Below, in pieces: positions 45,261 through 53,691 of a DNA stretch of 64,000 nt. Below the pieces are notes generated by a model that searched no databases, had not been told where the DNA came from, and was given only the letters and a program-made list of their open reading frames with translations. The DNA comes from a virus. The stretch lies in the IMG/VR virus record IMGVR_UViG_3300027659_000010, one strand, 5' to 3'. Both the position numbers and the translations under genes were made by a program. Within the stretch, counting starts at the first letter, position 1; each line of letters opens with the position of its first letter.

Positions 45261-45431
45261 TTAATGATCAGTGGACTCGAGAAGATTACTCTTCTTCAAA
45301 GCTTCTCTGAGCTTGTAGGCTCGGTCAAACTTATCTTGAATAAGTTTGCGTGTCTGTTCATCGGTTAAGGTATAAGCAGATACGTAAGCCTGTTCAACTT
45401 TTTTATTGTGTTCTATCTGTTCTCTATGCAT
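45261..45431 (-). CDS. small hypothetical protein (56 aa), first gene after the attenuator
   Basis: AAGGAG RBS; MHREQIEHNKKVEQAYVSAYTLTDEQ... Confidence 0.55.
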   Translation of the reverse strand: MHREQIEHNKKVEQAYVSAYTLTDEQTRKLIQDKFDRAYKLREALKKSNLLESTDH

Positions 45432-45444
45432 TTTTCTCCTTTAT

Positions 45445-45479
45445 AAAAACAAAAACCCCAGGGTGTTTATTCCTGGGGT
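45445..45479 (-). terminator. intrinsic terminator of the tRNA-array leader (attenuator)
   Basis: ACCCCAGG-9 nt loop-CCTGGGGT followed by TTTTGTTTTT. Confidence 0.85.
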
Positions 45480-45505
45480 CCTTTGAAGTAGCTGTGTATT
45501 TTCTG

Positions 45506-45649
45506 TTACACTAACATCTCCACGGACCCCGGCTGTAGCTCTGGTGTGCGATCATTAGATATACTATCAATCGCGAGCCAATATGAGGGCACAAAGCCTC
45601 CCATCTGGGCTAGGGATTTACAAGATCTATGTAATGATGCTGTTTTCAT
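45506..45649 (-). CDS. putative attenuator leader peptide (47 aa, contains all 20 amino acids)
   Basis: MKTASLHRSCKSLAQMGGFVPSYWLAIDSISNDRTPELQPGSVEMLV; codons 40-42 carry the antiterminator strand GGGGTCC. Confidence 0.7.
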   Translation of the reverse strand: MKTASLHRSCKSLAQMGGFVPSYWLAIDSISNDRTPELQPGSVEMLV

Positions 45650-45699
45650 TGTCTTTTCATTTCCTTGAAAGTCACACACTGTTTCTAGTGCATGTGTTA

Positions 45700-45728
45700 A
45701 TTATACATGTATTTAGTCTCTGTGTCAA
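45700..45728 (-). promoter_or_regulatory. sigma70-type promoter (proximal) of the tRNA array
   Basis: TTGACA-17-TATAAT, with TAAATA in the spacer. Confidence 0.88.
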
Positions 45729-45783
45729 CCTCTATTTGCACTTCTGGCAAAAAAGTTTTGACTCTTTGCTAAACATTACTGCT

Positions 45784-45812
45784 AGTATACGGTCTTTTTA
45801 TTTATGTGTCAA
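45784..45812 (-). promoter_or_regulatory. sigma70-type promoter (distal) of the tRNA array
   Basis: TTGACA-17-TATACT, with TAAATA in the spacer. Confidence 0.8.
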
Positions 45813-45841
45813 CCTAGACCCGGCCTGTTTATGTGGCTTTT

Positions 45842-46087
45842 TTACAACAGATCATCCTGTGCGATCAGTAGATGCTTGCCGATTTCAAAGAGTCCGACTC
45901 CGCCTGGCAGGTCCAAGGCACTGACATGTATCTGCGCCACTCCATCTCGGTCGAGAGTACAGGCTACCATTTCTCGGATCTCGCCCTGTTCAATCAATTC
46001 TTTTACGTGGTTGATCACTTCGAGCAGTGATTGCTTGCGCTCTTCATCTTCTTTGCCCTTGGGATCAAATGTGTAAACGTTGTTCAT
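45842..46087 (-). CDS. hypothetical protein
   Basis: 81 aa; ATGA overlap with clpP. Confidence 0.7.
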   Translation of the reverse strand: MNNVYTFDPKGKEDEERKQSLLEVINHVKELIEQGEIREMVACTLDRDGVAQIHVSALDLPGGVGLFEIGKHLLIAQDDLL

Positions 46088-46659
46088 AGCATTAAATGAT
46101 CCGCTACGCCGATTTCCACAGTTTCTTCTGCGGTAAGATAGACATCTGAGGCTGGCAACAATTTTTTCTTGATCACTGATGGTGCCAGTCCAGTGGCTGT
46201 TTTCAAAATAGATACCATGCGTTCATTGCAGCTGTCATTTTCTCGCATGGTGGCTTTGAGATCGTGATATTTATTGTCCATGCTTTCTGAAAATTGGTGG
46301 CACATGAAACTGGTGTTCTTGGCAGCGTATCTTTCACCGTGGGTGCCTGATGCAAAGATCAGAAATGCTGCGCTCATCACAGCACCTATGCCCACACAGC
46401 GTAGTTTATGGGGACTGGCTTGCATGACATCTATCAAGGCAAATGCCTGATAAAGATCTCCTCCGGCGGAGTTGATGTACAGAGTCAGAGTTTTTTCTTT
46501 GGCTACATCGAGATTTTCATAGATCAACCAGCGCACACATTCGCCCACAGAATCCTCGTTGATCTCACCGTTGAGGAAAAAGGTACTGGATTCCAGTAGT
46601 TTGAGATCAATCTGATCCTCAGCATTGAAATATTCTGATCGTTTCACTTTCTGCTCCAT
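46084..46659 (-). CDS. clpP: ClpP-family protease subunit
   Basis: LYINSAGG, GAVMSAA (catalytic Ser), FMCHQ (His), DVYLTAEE...GVAD. Confidence 0.85.
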   Translation of the reverse strand: MEQKVKRSEYFNAEDQIDLKLLESSTFFLNGEINEDSVGECVRWLIYENLDVAKEKTLTLYINSAGGDLYQAFALIDVMQASPHKLRCVGIGAVMSAAFLIFASGTHGERYAAKNTSFMCHQFSESMDNKYHDLKATMRENDSCNERMVSILKTATGLAPSVIKKKLLPASDVYLTAEETVEIGVADHLML

Positions 46660-46716
46660 GCGTATGCTTTACTTATCCTTAATATATTATAGCATGATTA
46701 ACTGCGTATATTATAG

Positions 46717-46986
46717 TCAAATATGCCAATTTTTGGAATCTGAATTCCAATGCCTGCGATCATAGACTTGGAATTCTACATTATAGCCCACTAGTCCAAT
46801 ACCCATGTGCAGCCCTGCATGGCTCTGTTTATGAGTGAATCTGATAAAAATATCTACTATGTCTGCACCCTTGTAGATCTGCAGTTCCCAAAATTTATTC
46901 CTAAAGACAGTAGATCCGTGCCAACATCTGATATTTTCAAATCTATCACTGCCAGGTATCCTGAGATTGAGCTGTAGGCTTATCAT
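46717..46986 (-). CDS. hypothetical protein
   Basis: 89-aa ORF in a run of coupled genes. Confidence 0.6.
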   Translation of the reverse strand: MISLQLNLRIPGSDRFENIRCWHGSTVFRNKFWELQIYKGADIVDIFIRFTHKQSHAGLHMGIGLVGYNVEFQVYDRRHWNSDSKNWHI

Positions 46987-47168
46987 TCTGGCTGTTCTCG
47001 AAATCGTGTCAAAAAACTTTCTTCATAACAGCTGAATTCATTGGGCATGTGATCTTGGGGTTTTTCTGCTCGATAATATACCCAATCTTTGCCGTCTATA
47101 TTAGTGGTGCTAATCACCACAAATACTTTGCCGTCGCTGCCTGCCCACTTTGATCCCTGTTTCACCAT
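46983..47168 (-). CDS. hypothetical protein
   Basis: 61-aa ORF with AAGGA RBS. Confidence 0.6.
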   Translation of the reverse strand: MVKQGSKWAGSDGKVFVVISTTNIDGKDWVYYRAEKPQDHMPNEFSCYEESFLTRFREQPE

Positions 47169-47177
47169 AGCAGTTCC

Positions 47178-47579
47178 TTATCTAAATGTTTCTAGTGCCT
47201 CACTGTCGATGTTCTCAGTCATATGTAGCATAAATCTATAGTTATCCCAGGCCGTTTTGACTGACTGATTTTCGCTGAGTTGGGTAGGAAACATATCTAC
47301 CCAAACTGAATTTTCTGGCTGTGCGTGTCTGTGCATGCCCTGTGCTCTTGGCTGCAATACTCTGTTAGAACTCCAAAGCAGATGTGCGACTTCTTTGCAA
47401 CTGTCGTGGTCTAGTCCTAGGAGATACCCGGGCTCTGTCATATAGACACTTATTACATTATCCAGATGATCTAGATCTTTGATGTTTGTCGCAGTGATTA
47501 AAAATGCCACATCGTCTATGCTGACGTCCCCATTTACTATATCACGGATACATCGACCAAAACTAAATCCTATCTTCAT
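47178..47579 (-). CDS. hypothetical protein
   Basis: 133-aa ORF MKIGFSFGRCIRDIV. Confidence 0.7.
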   Translation of the reverse strand: MKIGFSFGRCIRDIVNGDVSIDDVAFLITATNIKDLDHLDNVISVYMTEPGYLLGLDHDSCKEVAHLLWSSNRVLQPRAQGMHRHAQPENSVWVDMFPTQLSENQSVKTAWDNYRFMLHMTENIDSEALETFR

Positions 47580-47800
47580 TCTTCAACTCCGAAATGTTTT
47601 TTAATCTGTTCAGCACAAGTATCACCATCGTGAACCACATAACTATCAGAATCCTCTGCCATCTTATGACACACTTCAACACATTCCTTGACAATCAACT
47701 CGGCGAACTTTTCTAGGTCAAACCCTATCAACTTCATTGCGGCTTTGTTAATTTCATCGTAGCCAGCGACTTTGGCTAGGGTCTTAATTCGTTCGTTCAT
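47576..47800 (-). CDS. small MNERIK...KFAELIV...HFGVEE family protein
   Basis: Tandem paralog of the next ORF. Confidence 0.7.
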   Translation of the reverse strand: MNERIKTLAKVAGYDEINKAAMKLIGFDLEKFAELIVKECVEVCHKMAEDSDSYVVHDGDTCAEQIKKHFGVEE

Positions 47801-47982
47801 TCTTCAACTCCAAAATGCTGTTTAATCTGTGCCCTAGCATCGTCATACCCATGTAGATATAAATTAGACATACATTCCCGAACAATCAACTCGGCGAACT
47901 TTGTTGAACTGAACAGGGCGTAAGGCTCAGACTGACTAGATACCCAACATTGTTTTTCAATTTCTTTAATTCGTTCGTTCAT
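47797..47982 (-). CDS. small MNERIK...KFAELIV...HFGVEE family protein
   Basis: Tandem paralog; start reassigned to MNERIKE. Confidence 0.7.
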   Translation of the reverse strand: MNERIKEIEKQCWVSSQSEPYALFSSTKFAELIVRECMSNLYLHGYDDARAQIKQHFGVEE

Positions 47983-48006
47983 ATAACACTTTCTCAACAA
48001 AATACC

Positions 48007-48035
48007 ATTATAACATCATCTAGGTCAACTGTCAA
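48007..48035 (-). promoter_or_regulatory. sigma70-type promoter
   Basis: TTGACA-17-TATAAT. Confidence 0.8.
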
Positions 48036-48041
48036 GTATTA

Positions 48042-48299
48042 TCATGACCACCTCATCGCAAACAGCATGGCATCCTGTTCATTTTGAAAATACCAAGCTC
48101 GCCCATTTGGATCGCTGAGGTCCCGGAATTTGTTTTGGCAATTTTCCAGACACCATGTTAGTTTTTCTGAAAAGTCATCGTCCTTGAGCACAATAGCGTG
48201 ATAGGAGTTTAACAAGGCCATTAGTCTATCATCTACTTTGAGATGCTCTTCTGCTCTCTGGGCCTTGAGTATGGTTGCTGTAGGATCGGGGTCTATCAC
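48042..48299 (-). CDS. small protein, WC...F-x-x-RW family
   Basis: C-terminus DAMLFAMRWS. Confidence 0.65.
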   Translation of the reverse strand: MIDPDPTATILKAQRAEEHLKVDDRLMALLNSYHAIVLKDDDFSEKLTWCLENCQNKFRDLSDPNGRAWYFQNEQDAMLFAMRWS

Positions 48300-48652
48300 T
48301 TTCCATGCCTCAACATATATTCAGTGAGTCTAGCACCAGAAAGTTTGGCTCGAATCTCATACCGGTAGCCATACTGCATTACATCTGGAATTCTATACCA
48401 GCTGGGAGTTTCCACTGCGTTAGACATGATCCACGCACCTTCTTCACTTTGCTGCCATTTCCATAACGGTTCTGCAGCATACAGGTCTGGATCCTCAACA
48501 TCCCCCATGGTGAATGTATGTACCACTACTTCTCTGACTTCCTCTACTCGATCGTCGATTATCATATACCTATATGTATCTAGTCTAGGCCTGCGACCTA
48601 AGTAATCTCGAGCAGGCTCAAATTGATAGCCTTTTGTTTTTGCTATTGCCAT
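48296..48652 (-). CDS. hypothetical protein
   Basis: 118-aa ORF; GDVEDPDLYAAEPLWKW. Confidence 0.65.
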   Translation of the reverse strand: MAIAKTKGYQFEPARDYLGRRPRLDTYRYMIIDDRVEEVREVVVHTFTMGDVEDPDLYAAEPLWKWQQSEEGAWIMSNAVETPSWYRIPDVMQYGYRYEIRAKLSGARLTEYMLRHGK

Positions 48653-48903
48653 CTCAGAGCAAAATTGACAGCGTCTATTTCAGATTCAAAGATAAAGTCT
48701 GCACCCCTTCTTTCAAAGGCATGATTACAGTGTTCTGCTAACCAATGTGTGATATCCACGGCATGAGTGTTATCAGTGAATCTATCTAAATTCACTCTGC
48801 GCCACCCTAGTGATTTCAGCATACCCCAAAGTATTTCTCTATCTATCTCACTCTGCATCCGTGTGCCAAGTTCGTCTATGATTTGTTTTTCTAGATTATT
48901 CAT
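48643..48903 (-). CDS. small protein, F-x-x-RW family
   Basis: C-terminus DAVNFALRWQ. Confidence 0.65.
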   Translation of the reverse strand: MNNLEKQIIDELGTRMQSEIDREILWGMLKSLGWRRVNLDRFTDNTHAVDITHWLAEHCNHAFERRGADFIFESEIDAVNFALRWQ

Positions 48904-48906
48904 ACA

Positions 48907-49200
48907 TTAGCGCCATTTCATCACAAACATAAGTCGATCTGCATCATCACGAAACCAAAACTTGCGATTGTTCATGTACCAACGCTGTGCGGGCTCGGGC
49001 GGAGGATTCTCTCCCCAGATAGATCCCTGGGTTGAATCAAAGGCATTGATGCACCACGCTTCCATTTCCAGCCAAACTCCTCCTATGGGTTCTACACAGT
49101 AGTATTGACAGCCGTAGGCTGTGCCTTCTGTGAGTTTGAGATCCTCCACAGGACGAGCGTGTAGATCGTTCCACAATCTCTGAAAGGCCACGCTATTCAT
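48907..49200 (-). CDS. small protein, F-x-x-KW family
   Basis: AWC...DRLMFVMKWR. Confidence 0.65.
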   Translation of the reverse strand: MNSVAFQRLWNDLHARPVEDLKLTEGTAYGCQYYCVEPIGGVWLEMEAWCINAFDSTQGSIWGENPPPEPAQRWYMNNRKFWFRDDADRLMFVMKWR

Positions 49201-49433
49201 TTCACACTATTACCTTCTGCTGACCCCCAACGCAGCATGAACAGCATGGCATCACGTTCCTGTTCAAACTGCCAATACAAGGCGTAATGTGTTTCTTGCC
49301 GCCAAATGCCTTCACAGTTTGTTTCACACCATTCTTTCATTTTATCTATGTTAGCATAGCCTATGTTTTGGAAATTTATCCGATAGCTAAACACGGCACG
49401 ACTACGGGTGGCCAGTATCTGTGCTAGGTCCAT
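49197..49433 (-). CDS. small protein, F-x-x-RW family
   Basis: EWC...DAMLFMLRWG; start reassigned to MDLAQ. Confidence 0.6.
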   Translation of the reverse strand: MDLAQILATRSRAVFSYRINFQNIGYANIDKMKEWCETNCEGIWRQETHYALYWQFEQERDAMLFMLRWGSAEGNSVK

Positions 49434-49636
49434 CTTAGAGAAAATATTACTAGGTCTTTGGGATTCCTGAAAAAGAAATGTGTGTTGCCAAACATTGAAT
49501 CCACCGCCCATTCCGCCTTGGAATTTTCGGTCATGGCACGCCAACCACCATTCTTGAAACGAGATTCACACCATGCTATCATCTCACCCTGTTGGTGATA
49601 TCTATCTTTGCCAAAACTAACGCGAGTTATTTCCAT
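49424..49636 (-). CDS. small protein, F-x-x-RW family
   Basis: AWC...DLVIFSLRWT; start reassigned to MEITRV. Confidence 0.6.
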   Translation of the reverse strand: MEITRVSFGKDRYHQQGEMIAWCESRFKNGGWRAMTENSKAEWAVDSMFGNTHFFFRNPKDLVIFSLRWT

Positions 49637-49953
49637 GTGCGGTGATCCTCGGCTACCCACTCCACACCGTCATACTCGCCGATGTGCCACGACACATCTC
49701 CGGGTATTTCTACGATCTTCAGCTTGGCATGGCCACCGCTGGCTTCAGAGCCTAGTTCTTTGACCACCTTGACTAGATAAGGATCGTCACGAGCTACCTC
49801 TCGATCATACCAACCGGGATCTGTGATGCCTGCGAGTTTTTTGTATTCCTCGCAGGCACGAGCACTGAGACCAAAGCCGCCATAGCAGTCATTAATTACT
49901 ATGTGTCTTATGCCAGTTTTTAGATCTTCCAAAAACTTTTGAGTTTCAACCAT
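49627..49953 (-). CDS. hypothetical phage protein
   Basis: IVINDCYGGFGLS...RDDPYLV...EYDGVEWVAE. Confidence 0.75.
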   Translation of the reverse strand: MVETQKFLEDLKTGIRHIVINDCYGGFGLSARACEEYKKLAGITDPGWYDREVARDDPYLVKVVKELGSEASGGHAKLKIVEIPGDVSWHIGEYDGVEWVAEDHRTWK

Positions 49954-50519
49954 TAACGGCCTTTCTTTTTCTTTTTCTTTTTCTTTTCTACAGAAAAATC
50001 AATGTCATTTAACATGCGATGTTGGTCGATGGCTTCTTGTAGCGCGATCTCAACCAATTGATTGAAAGTGATATCACGATCGTGTGCGATCTTCATATAT
50101 TCTAACAATTCTGCATCGTCGAATTCTACTTGTATCTGCACTCGAGTATCGTAGTCTTCACCTTCACGAATGGCCAGAGCTTTTTGGAAGAAATCATCAT
50201 CTACATCTAGATCAATGTACTTGACATCATCCCAGGCATTATTGACACTGATTCCACGCTCTTCACTTTCATCGGAGTGGTCACTTTGGAAGTCAGGATT
50301 GATTAATCTATAGGCACGATTATGCACATAATCGTGAGCCTGGACTTCATAGACTACCTGTGTTTTATTATCAAAAATGATGCAAAAACTATGTCCATTC
50401 TGATCACCATTCCAACTATCTAGGGTGTAAGCATCAGGACCATAGCATTGCCAACAGTATTCACTGCCCTCAGTGATGCGATAGTCTACCAATTCCATCC
50501 ATTCTTTAAGAGTAATCAT
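49953..50519 (-). CDS. hypothetical protein with basic C-terminal tail
   Basis: 188 aa; AHDRDITFNQLVE (ribbon-helix-helix-like) and poly-K end. Confidence 0.7.
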   Translation of the reverse strand: MITLKEWMELVDYRITEGSEYCWQCYGPDAYTLDSWNGDQNGHSFCIIFDNKTQVVYEVQAHDYVHNRAYRLINPDFQSDHSDESEERGISVNNAWDDVKYIDLDVDDDFFQKALAIREGEDYDTRVQIQVEFDDAELLEYMKIAHDRDITFNQLVEIALQEAIDQHRMLNDIDFSVEKKKKKKKKGR

Positions 50520-50543
50520 GATAATCCTTTCATTTAATGTGCT

Positions 50544-50572
50544 ATTGTAACACTAATTCTTCGTGTTGTCAA
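50544..50572 (-). promoter_or_regulatory. sigma70-type promoter
   Basis: TTGACA-17-TACAAT. Confidence 0.7.
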
Positions 50573-50798
50573 TGTCTTTTTGTTGCTCAAAGTTGGGCTC
50601 TTTGTATTCAAAATCTTCTGGAACGCTATAACGTATTTTTGGATAAATGCTTTCATTTCTAAAAAACACTATGGTCACTGGTTTCCAATATTTGTGCAAG
50701 AGATTGTTGATCAATATCAATCCGAAAATCAGCACTATACTGCCCAAAGCAAATAAAATACTTCCTACCAACCAAATGGCCATTTGTTCTGCTATCAT
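50553..50798 (-). CDS. single-pass membrane protein
   Basis: N-terminal hydrophobic helix. Confidence 0.6.
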   Translation of the reverse strand: MIAEQMAIWLVGSILFALGSIVLIFGLILINNLLHKYWKPVTIVFFRNESIYPKIRYSVPEDFEYKEPNFEQQKDIDNTKN

Positions 50799-51277
50799 TG
50801 CTCTGTCTCCTTTGTAAGTTCACACATTAATAAAAAATGTTCATATGATTTACGAACACTCTCATGTTTCATAAGTTTGTCTGCTTCTTCCTGCATGGCT
50901 TGAATGCCGGCCTCAGCACAATCACGAATACACAATCCGTTAAGAGTGGCCAGCTCATCGCCCAATTCTTTAGCCAACTTTTCCCAGGCCTTTTTTTGGC
51001 TAGGAGTAATTGGAGTACGCTGTGGTCGCATTTCACTGGCCTTGCTAATAGCTCGACATACAGCATCTTCAGCAACACGGCCAGCGGCAATCATAGGAGC
51101 ATATGCTGGGTCAATGTTGTACCGGCGACTTTGGCCACCAGGATACACCATGAGCAAATGTGTACCGTGGGTGTAGCTGTCCATAAAGTCGCCGTCGTAT
51201 TCTGACACAGGCACATACCTGCGTCCAACTTTTTCGTAATAGATTTTTTTCATACTGCTGCTTTCAATAACTTTCAA
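50795..51277 (-). CDS. hypothetical protein
   Basis: 160-aa ORF; KKIYYEKVGRRYVPVSEYD. Confidence 0.7.
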   Translation of the reverse strand: MKVIESSSMKKIYYEKVGRRYVPVSEYDGDFMDSYTHGTHLLMVYPGGQSRRYNIDPAYAPMIAAGRVAEDAVCRAISKASEMRPQRTPITPSQKKAWEKLAKELGDELATLNGLCIRDCAEAGIQAMQEEADKLMKHESVRKSYEHFLLMCELTKETEQ

Positions 51278-51626
51278 TTATCGTTGTGTTGTTGATGATA
51301 AATTTGCCAAACTGTTCATGGAACTGATCAAACGTTTTTAGCCTATTTGGATCCAACGGTAACTTGTAGGTACTTAACCAAGTCTTGAGGATCCTTACTG
51401 CAGGTTCTTTATCAAACAGATTCATGATGGTCAATATATGTTTGTCTGCTGTGGAATTCATAGACTTGTATCTTTTTCTTTTACCTTGATTTAGTACCGC
51501 AAGTAGATCTTTTCCTGATTCATGAGCATACCAATCAGGTCCTTTGAGCAGAGCCATAAGTCTTTGGTGTTCTGACATCATATCTTCATCTCTTTCAAAA
51601 CAGCACAGGTTCAACTGTAGATTCAT
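51264..51626 (-). CDS. hypothetical protein (start uncertain)
   Basis: 120-aa ORF. Confidence 0.55.
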   Translation of the reverse strand: MNLQLNLCCFERDEDMMSEHQRLMALLKGPDWYAHESGKDLLAVLNQGKRKRYKSMNSTADKHILTIMNLFDKEPAVRILKTWLSTYKLPLDPNRLKTFDQFHEQFGKFIINNTTIIESY

Positions 51627-51990
51627 CTCGAAGAGCCAACATCACTTCTTCTTGTTCAGTGTAGATCAAATTAGTCTTTTCGAGCACAAGCCTACGAGCT
51701 TGTGGAGGTAGGTAGCACCAATTGCTGACAAAATCGTAACTGCCGTGAGCTTCACGAGGCATGCAGTCTGAAATCCATCCACTTAGATTTTTCAATGCTT
51801 CTATGGTGTTAACAGGATGACTGTGAGCCATAGCACCATGGAAGTCATTGGCTAAAACAGAAGTAAAGAAGTGGCCAGGACTGTATCCGTAGACCAAATA
51901 ATTAGCCATGGGGTCTGCAAAGTCGCGAGGAACATCCCACTTAGAGAATGTTTCGTACAGGCGGTTCCGACTGTAAACAGTTATGTTCAT
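51595..51990 (-). CDS. hypothetical protein
   Basis: 131 aa; YLVYGYSPGHFFTSVLAND. Confidence 0.7.
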   Translation of the reverse strand: MNITVYSRNRLYETFSKWDVPRDFADPMANYLVYGYSPGHFFTSVLANDFHGAMAHSHPVNTIEALKNLSGWISDCMPREAHGSYDFVSNWCYLPPQARRLVLEKTNLIYTEQEEVMLALRDESTVEPVLF

Positions 51991-52790
51991 ACTTCAACTA
52001 CTTTCTCTGGATCCCATCCAGTGTCTTCACTCCATCCGCTGGCTTGGTGATAACCACGCGGATTACACACCACTCTGGTCTCACCTATGACATAATCAAA
52101 ACAATGATGTGTATGACCATGTGTCCACAGTTTGATCTGTGGATGATCTAACATAATTCCGGAAAGATCACTGTGATAGGCACCGTTCATGATATAGTCA
52201 CTGCGATACTGCTCGTGACAGCTCTGATAGCTAGGCGTGTGATGCCCTACTACCACTACCCGCTTGTCTGCGTGTTCTTTGACAATCAACTCGATATACT
52301 GCCTAGTCTGTCTATGACGCTCTGCAGTGGTGGCAGGCTTGAGTTTGATATAGCCCAAGGTGTCATCAGTGATAGATCTAAAATCGTTCATCATGTCACG
52401 GACACCGTGCAGAGTTAATGGATCATGTCTATTCATGTCTGTCCAAAGCGTCCCGCCTACAAACACCACATCGTCGATGATTTTGGTATCACGTTCAAGG
52501 AAATAGATGTTGTCGTGGACACCACAGGCCATGCGCAGTTGTTCAAGACTCTTAGACCAATAGCCGCCATAGAACTCATGATTGCCAGCGATATAGATCA
52601 CATGCGGAAATTGGAAACTGCAACGTTTCAAGAAATCTCTGAAACGGATGCCTAATTCACTTTCAGGCTTGAGAACTTTCTCAGCCAACATGATGTCACC
52701 TCCGAGTATCAATACATCGGCGTTATTGGTATTTTTGATCAGTATGTCCGAAAACTCTAGATGTAGATCGGATACAATTTGGATTTTCAT
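51987..52790 (-). CDS. calcineurin-like metallophosphoesterase
   Basis: SDLHLEF, GD, GNHE, HH.P, HGHTH, NPRGY. Confidence 0.9.
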   Translation of the reverse strand: MKIQIVSDLHLEFSDILIKNTNNADVLILGGDIMLAEKVLKPESELGIRFRDFLKRCSFQFPHVIYIAGNHEFYGGYWSKSLEQLRMACGVHDNIYFLERDTKIIDDVVFVGGTLWTDMNRHDPLTLHGVRDMMNDFRSITDDTLGYIKLKPATTAERHRQTRQYIELIVKEHADKRVVVVGHHTPSYQSCHEQYRSDYIMNGAYHSDLSGIMLDHPQIKLWTHGHTHHCFDYVIGETRVVCNPRGYHQASGWSEDTGWDPEKVVEV

Positions 52791-52818
52791 TAAAGTCTCT
52801 CTTGCTTAATATGTGTAT

Positions 52819-52847
52819 ATTATAGCATCAGTTATTTATTTTGTCAA
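52819..52847 (-). promoter_or_regulatory. sigma70-type promoter
   Basis: TTGACA-17-TATAAT. Confidence 0.8.
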
Positions 52848-52884
52848 TCGGTTAAATACACGTATAAAACCCGGGAGCGAATCG

Positions 52885-53166
52885 ATGGGCGAATTTTTTA
52901 AATTAGTAGCAGAACTAGGATTTCCAATCGCTGCGGCGCTGGCAGGCGGATACTTTGTATTTCTAACCCTCAAATTGGTATTAGGCTCTGTTATGAGTTC
53001 AGTAAAAGGTTTGAGCGGCATAATCACAGCCCTAGATAACCGCGTTAAAACCATGAATCACGATGTTATACGCATAGATGCTGTAGTGTCTAATGCCTTG
53101 GGTCTTCGTCCAGATGTAGAACGTATAGCTCGTGCAGATGGCAAGAACGATGCAAGGAGAGATTGA
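52885..53166 (+). CDS. small membrane/coiled-coil protein (paralog of 53692..54030)
   Basis: GFPIAAALAGGYF transmembrane segment; start reassigned to MGEFFK behind GGAGCGAA. Confidence 0.7.
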   Translation: MGEFFKLVAELGFPIAAALAGGYFVFLTLKLVLGSVMSSVKGLSGIITALDNRVKTMNHDVIRIDAVVSNALGLRPDVERIARADGKNDARRD

Positions 53167-53372
53167 TGTTATACATTGATTATTCTTGGGACTGTTCCCC
53201 TAGCGGTATTATATTAGATGAAGAATTTAATGCTGATAAGCTAGGTTGGCGAGACGGGGATTATTTTCAATTGGTAAATGTCAATGGTCGCTGCTATCTT
53301 AAAAAAGTAGATCCTTTAGTAAAATTTATCAAAGACGGAGAGCGAAATGAGCAAATATCAACAATGGTATGA
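53163..53372 (+). CDS. hypothetical protein
   Basis: 69-aa ORF; AbrB-like LGWRDGD pattern. Confidence 0.55.
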   Translation: MMLYIDYSWDCSPSGIILDEEFNADKLGWRDGDYFQLVNVNGRCYLKKVDPLVKFIKDGERNEQISTMV

Positions 53373-53547
53373 CAATTTACCTGAGAATACGAAAACTTAT
53401 CTAGAGTCACAGCCCATTTACCATGGAAGAGATCTATTTAAATCATCATTGATAGGTGCTGTAATTGGATTCATCGTTGGAGTATTAGTAGGATTTGAAT
53501 GGGCCTATCAGCCCGTGGTCAGTGCGATTAGACCGTTGGTGGGATGA
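53347..53547 (+). CDS. small membrane protein
   Basis: C-terminal Gly-rich transmembrane helix. Confidence 0.6.
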   Translation: MSKYQQWYDNLPENTKTYLESQPIYHGRDLFKSSLIGAVIGFIVGVLVGFEWAYQPVVSAIRPLVG

Positions 53548-53691
53548 TGTTTGAAGCATTCATGGTGTTCTATTTGTTAGAATGCCTAGTATTGATCTCT
53601 GTGGCAGTTTGGTACTATAAAGAACCAAAAATAAAATCAAAGAAAATATGGAACCCCTGGGGTGAAGTTTGGAACGACAAGGAGATGACAA

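Noticed and set aside
45583-46076. Plus-strand ORFs 45583..45924 and 45804..46076
   Set aside because: Antisense to consensus promoters, the leader and a coupled minus-strand gene; no RBS or motifs.
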